From Octopus sinensis (taxonomy: Eukaryota), in NCBI RefSeq assembly GCF_006345805.1, contig NC_043002.1, forward strand, positions 60,512,001-60,576,000: DNA of 64,000 nucleotides, given 5' to 3'. The notes beneath the pieces were generated by a model, which was not told the DNA's origin, did not search any database, and saw only the letters and a program-made list of their open reading frames with translations. Shown here in pieces: positions 62,109-64,000 of the stretch (positions within the stretch are counted from its first letter, which is position 1; every line of letters begins with the position of its first letter). A program made the translations under genes and the position numbers.

Positions 62109-63224
62109 GTATATACATATATATATATGCAGATATAATGATAGATACGTACATATGTGTGTGCGTCTTATGTCTACATACATCCATAATCACGTGTGTA
62201 TGCCTTATATGTTCATTTTATTTTATTTTATTTCATCCCCTCTACATTTCAGTTTTGTATAAATTGTGTTGTGTCTTCACATGAACTTTCATTATTTTTC
62301 AACAGAGCTCCCCCCCCCACCCACTTCCACAATAATTTATTTTACTTTTCTGTTTTGATTTGTATTTGTTTTTATCCGTCTTCCGGTATTGTTTGCACGC
62401 TTATTTTAATTCACTGTCTTTTTTGTTTTTCTCTAGTTTCCGTTTTTTAAAATTTTTTATTCACTTCTCCTTCCGAAACATACGGTGTTGTCAGCTCCGA
62501 TAATAATAATGCCAGAAAAATTAAAGAAAAAAAGCAGGTGATTTCAAACACAAGACTAAAGTAATTCAACAAAGCAGTAAGAAAGAAAAGAGCTAAAAAA
62601 AAAACTTATATTTCTGAAAATAGAATGTACAAGGTATAGATGGCGCCACTGCTAGGTGTTGTTGGTTTTGTTAATATTTTATTTTTCATAATATCGCTGC
62701 TACTGCTTCTGCCATTGCTGATGTGGCTATTTGTAGTTGCTATAGTTGTTGTGGAATTGCAAGCTCGTAACAGAGATTGTGTATTTAGTATTGTTTACAT
62801 TTTTCCCGTTTTTCTTAAAGAATATCCATATAGTTATTTTATTTTATTTTATTTTATTATAATTTATTTTCCTTATTCTCGTTCATTTTTGGTATTGACA
62901 TTTGCCTTTGCAGACTGCCCTTTCCATTTTAAATTTTTTTTTGCAAAATTAAACAAATACTAAATAAATAAAATCTATTGGAGCTGTTATTAATAGCTTT
63001 TTACTTTGTGTTAGGTTTATTACATCCATTAACAACACTAACAAGAATTTTATAAAACTTTAAAGCAGGGATTGCGTTATGCTAAGATATTAGCAGAAGG
63101 GGTTTATATTAATAAGATGAACGATACATGTCAGATCCCATTCACATTTACAAAACAGAATTTAACAATATTGTGACATAAAAAATCTTGCACAACAAAT
63201 ATATAAATATTGTGACTATTCATA

Positions 63225-63565
63225 CAAATATATATAGTCCAACAGAAACTCCAGCCAAGATCAGTGAAGTACTGAATGACCTGTTTAAAAGTGCCTTTAC
63301 TACCCCGCTGGAACACAGACAGGTAAACGAACCAGTAGGTTTCTTTGCCGCCTCACCTACAATCAGTGAGGCAGTAACGATGGTTTACATCGACATTAGT
63401 GAAGAAGATATACTACTAGCCATAGTCGACGAAAACTCAACTGCTGGTCCTGATGGTTTCTCAGCAATCCTCCTCAAATCGTGTAAGCGTGCCCTGGCGA
63501 AATCACTGTAGATTCTTTTCCAGAGCTTTCTTGAAAATGGCAGGTGGCCAAGCAAACTTTATCCA
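63225..63565 (+). mobile_element. CR1-like LINE fragment (region preceding the RT domain)
   Basis: KISEVLNDLFKSAFT..DISEEDILLAI..AGPDGFSAILLKSCKRALAKSL*ILFQSFLENG. Confidence 0.82.
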
Positions 63566-63592
63566 GGGAGCTCCATCATATCACAGCTATGT

Positions 63593-63745
63593 AGGACATA
63601 CCCCTCTGAGAATACCACATGCACAAATAATAAATGCATAGTATGTAGGATTAACCCTGGCATTAACTGTAGAACTTGAAGTGTAGTCTACAGCATAAGA
63701 TGCACAGAAGGTGCTTGCAAAGACAATCTATAGTAGGAGACATTT
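63593..63745 (+). mobile_element. Second Penelope-like GIY-YIG/linker fragment, homologous to 1880-2040
   Basis: RTYPSENTTCTNNKCIVCRINPGINCRT*SVVYSIRCTEGACKD versus RTYPFSRTPCTDKFCTVCRFSPETNCKARNVVYSIRCIEGRCSN. Confidence 0.8.
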
Positions 63746-64000
63746 GCCCGTGGCTGGGAAGCAAGCTTCTTTATTTCATTACATTTGCCATGGAGGCAGT
63801 ACATAGAGTAAAGTAGCTTTACGGGCTGGACGAGGACATTAATGAAATGAATGATAATGAAAGAAAGATGATAAGGATGGTAGAAGACAAAAGGCGCCTG
63901 CCGACTTCTGCTTCTCTAAAACATTGTTCTTTAAAACCAAACACAAAACGAGGTATTAAACTTCTTACAACTTTCACAACTTTTCAATTTTGGACTTAAC

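Noticed and set aside
62634-62655. CTCF-like motif TAGATGGCGC
   Set aside because: Only the 3' half of the motif matches, and this word is common in repeat termini; no independent support.

Overview
AT-rich eukaryotic (animal) genomic DNA, saturated with microsatellites ((TA)n, (CA)n, (TACA)n, (TCTA)n, (TTA)n, compound trinucleotides) and transposable-element debris. The repeat landscape looks like an octopus/coleoid genome; this is inferred from remembered SINE/LINE families and was not verified. No host protein-coding gene can be supported: most ORFs in the track are microsatellite translations, and every recognisable peptide is a TE fragment. These fragments are: Penelope-like GIY-YIG (x2), L1/Tx1 ORF1 and ORF2 ends, RTE (x2), CR1-like (x3), restriction-like-endonuclease R4/Dong- and CRE-like ends (x4), and Tc1/mariner (x4). 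There are at least four tRNA-derived SINE lineages that exchange modules. The most interesting layer is RNA/DNA structure. (1) About 14 type-I hammerhead-ribozyme-like motifs from several families, two with a fully intact catalytic core (38121-38205 and 60441-60475, both minus strand). (2) A recurring composite element: tRNA-derived Pol III head + (AAT)n + hammerhead module. (3) Eight fold-back (hairpin) elements, mostly within or next to (TA)n tracts, with copy-specific turn-around points. (4) A 3' stem-loop shared, with compensatory changes, between CR1-like LINE ends and the commonest SINE. Element boundaries are read by eye and are approximate (about +/-10-20 bp for degenerate copies).
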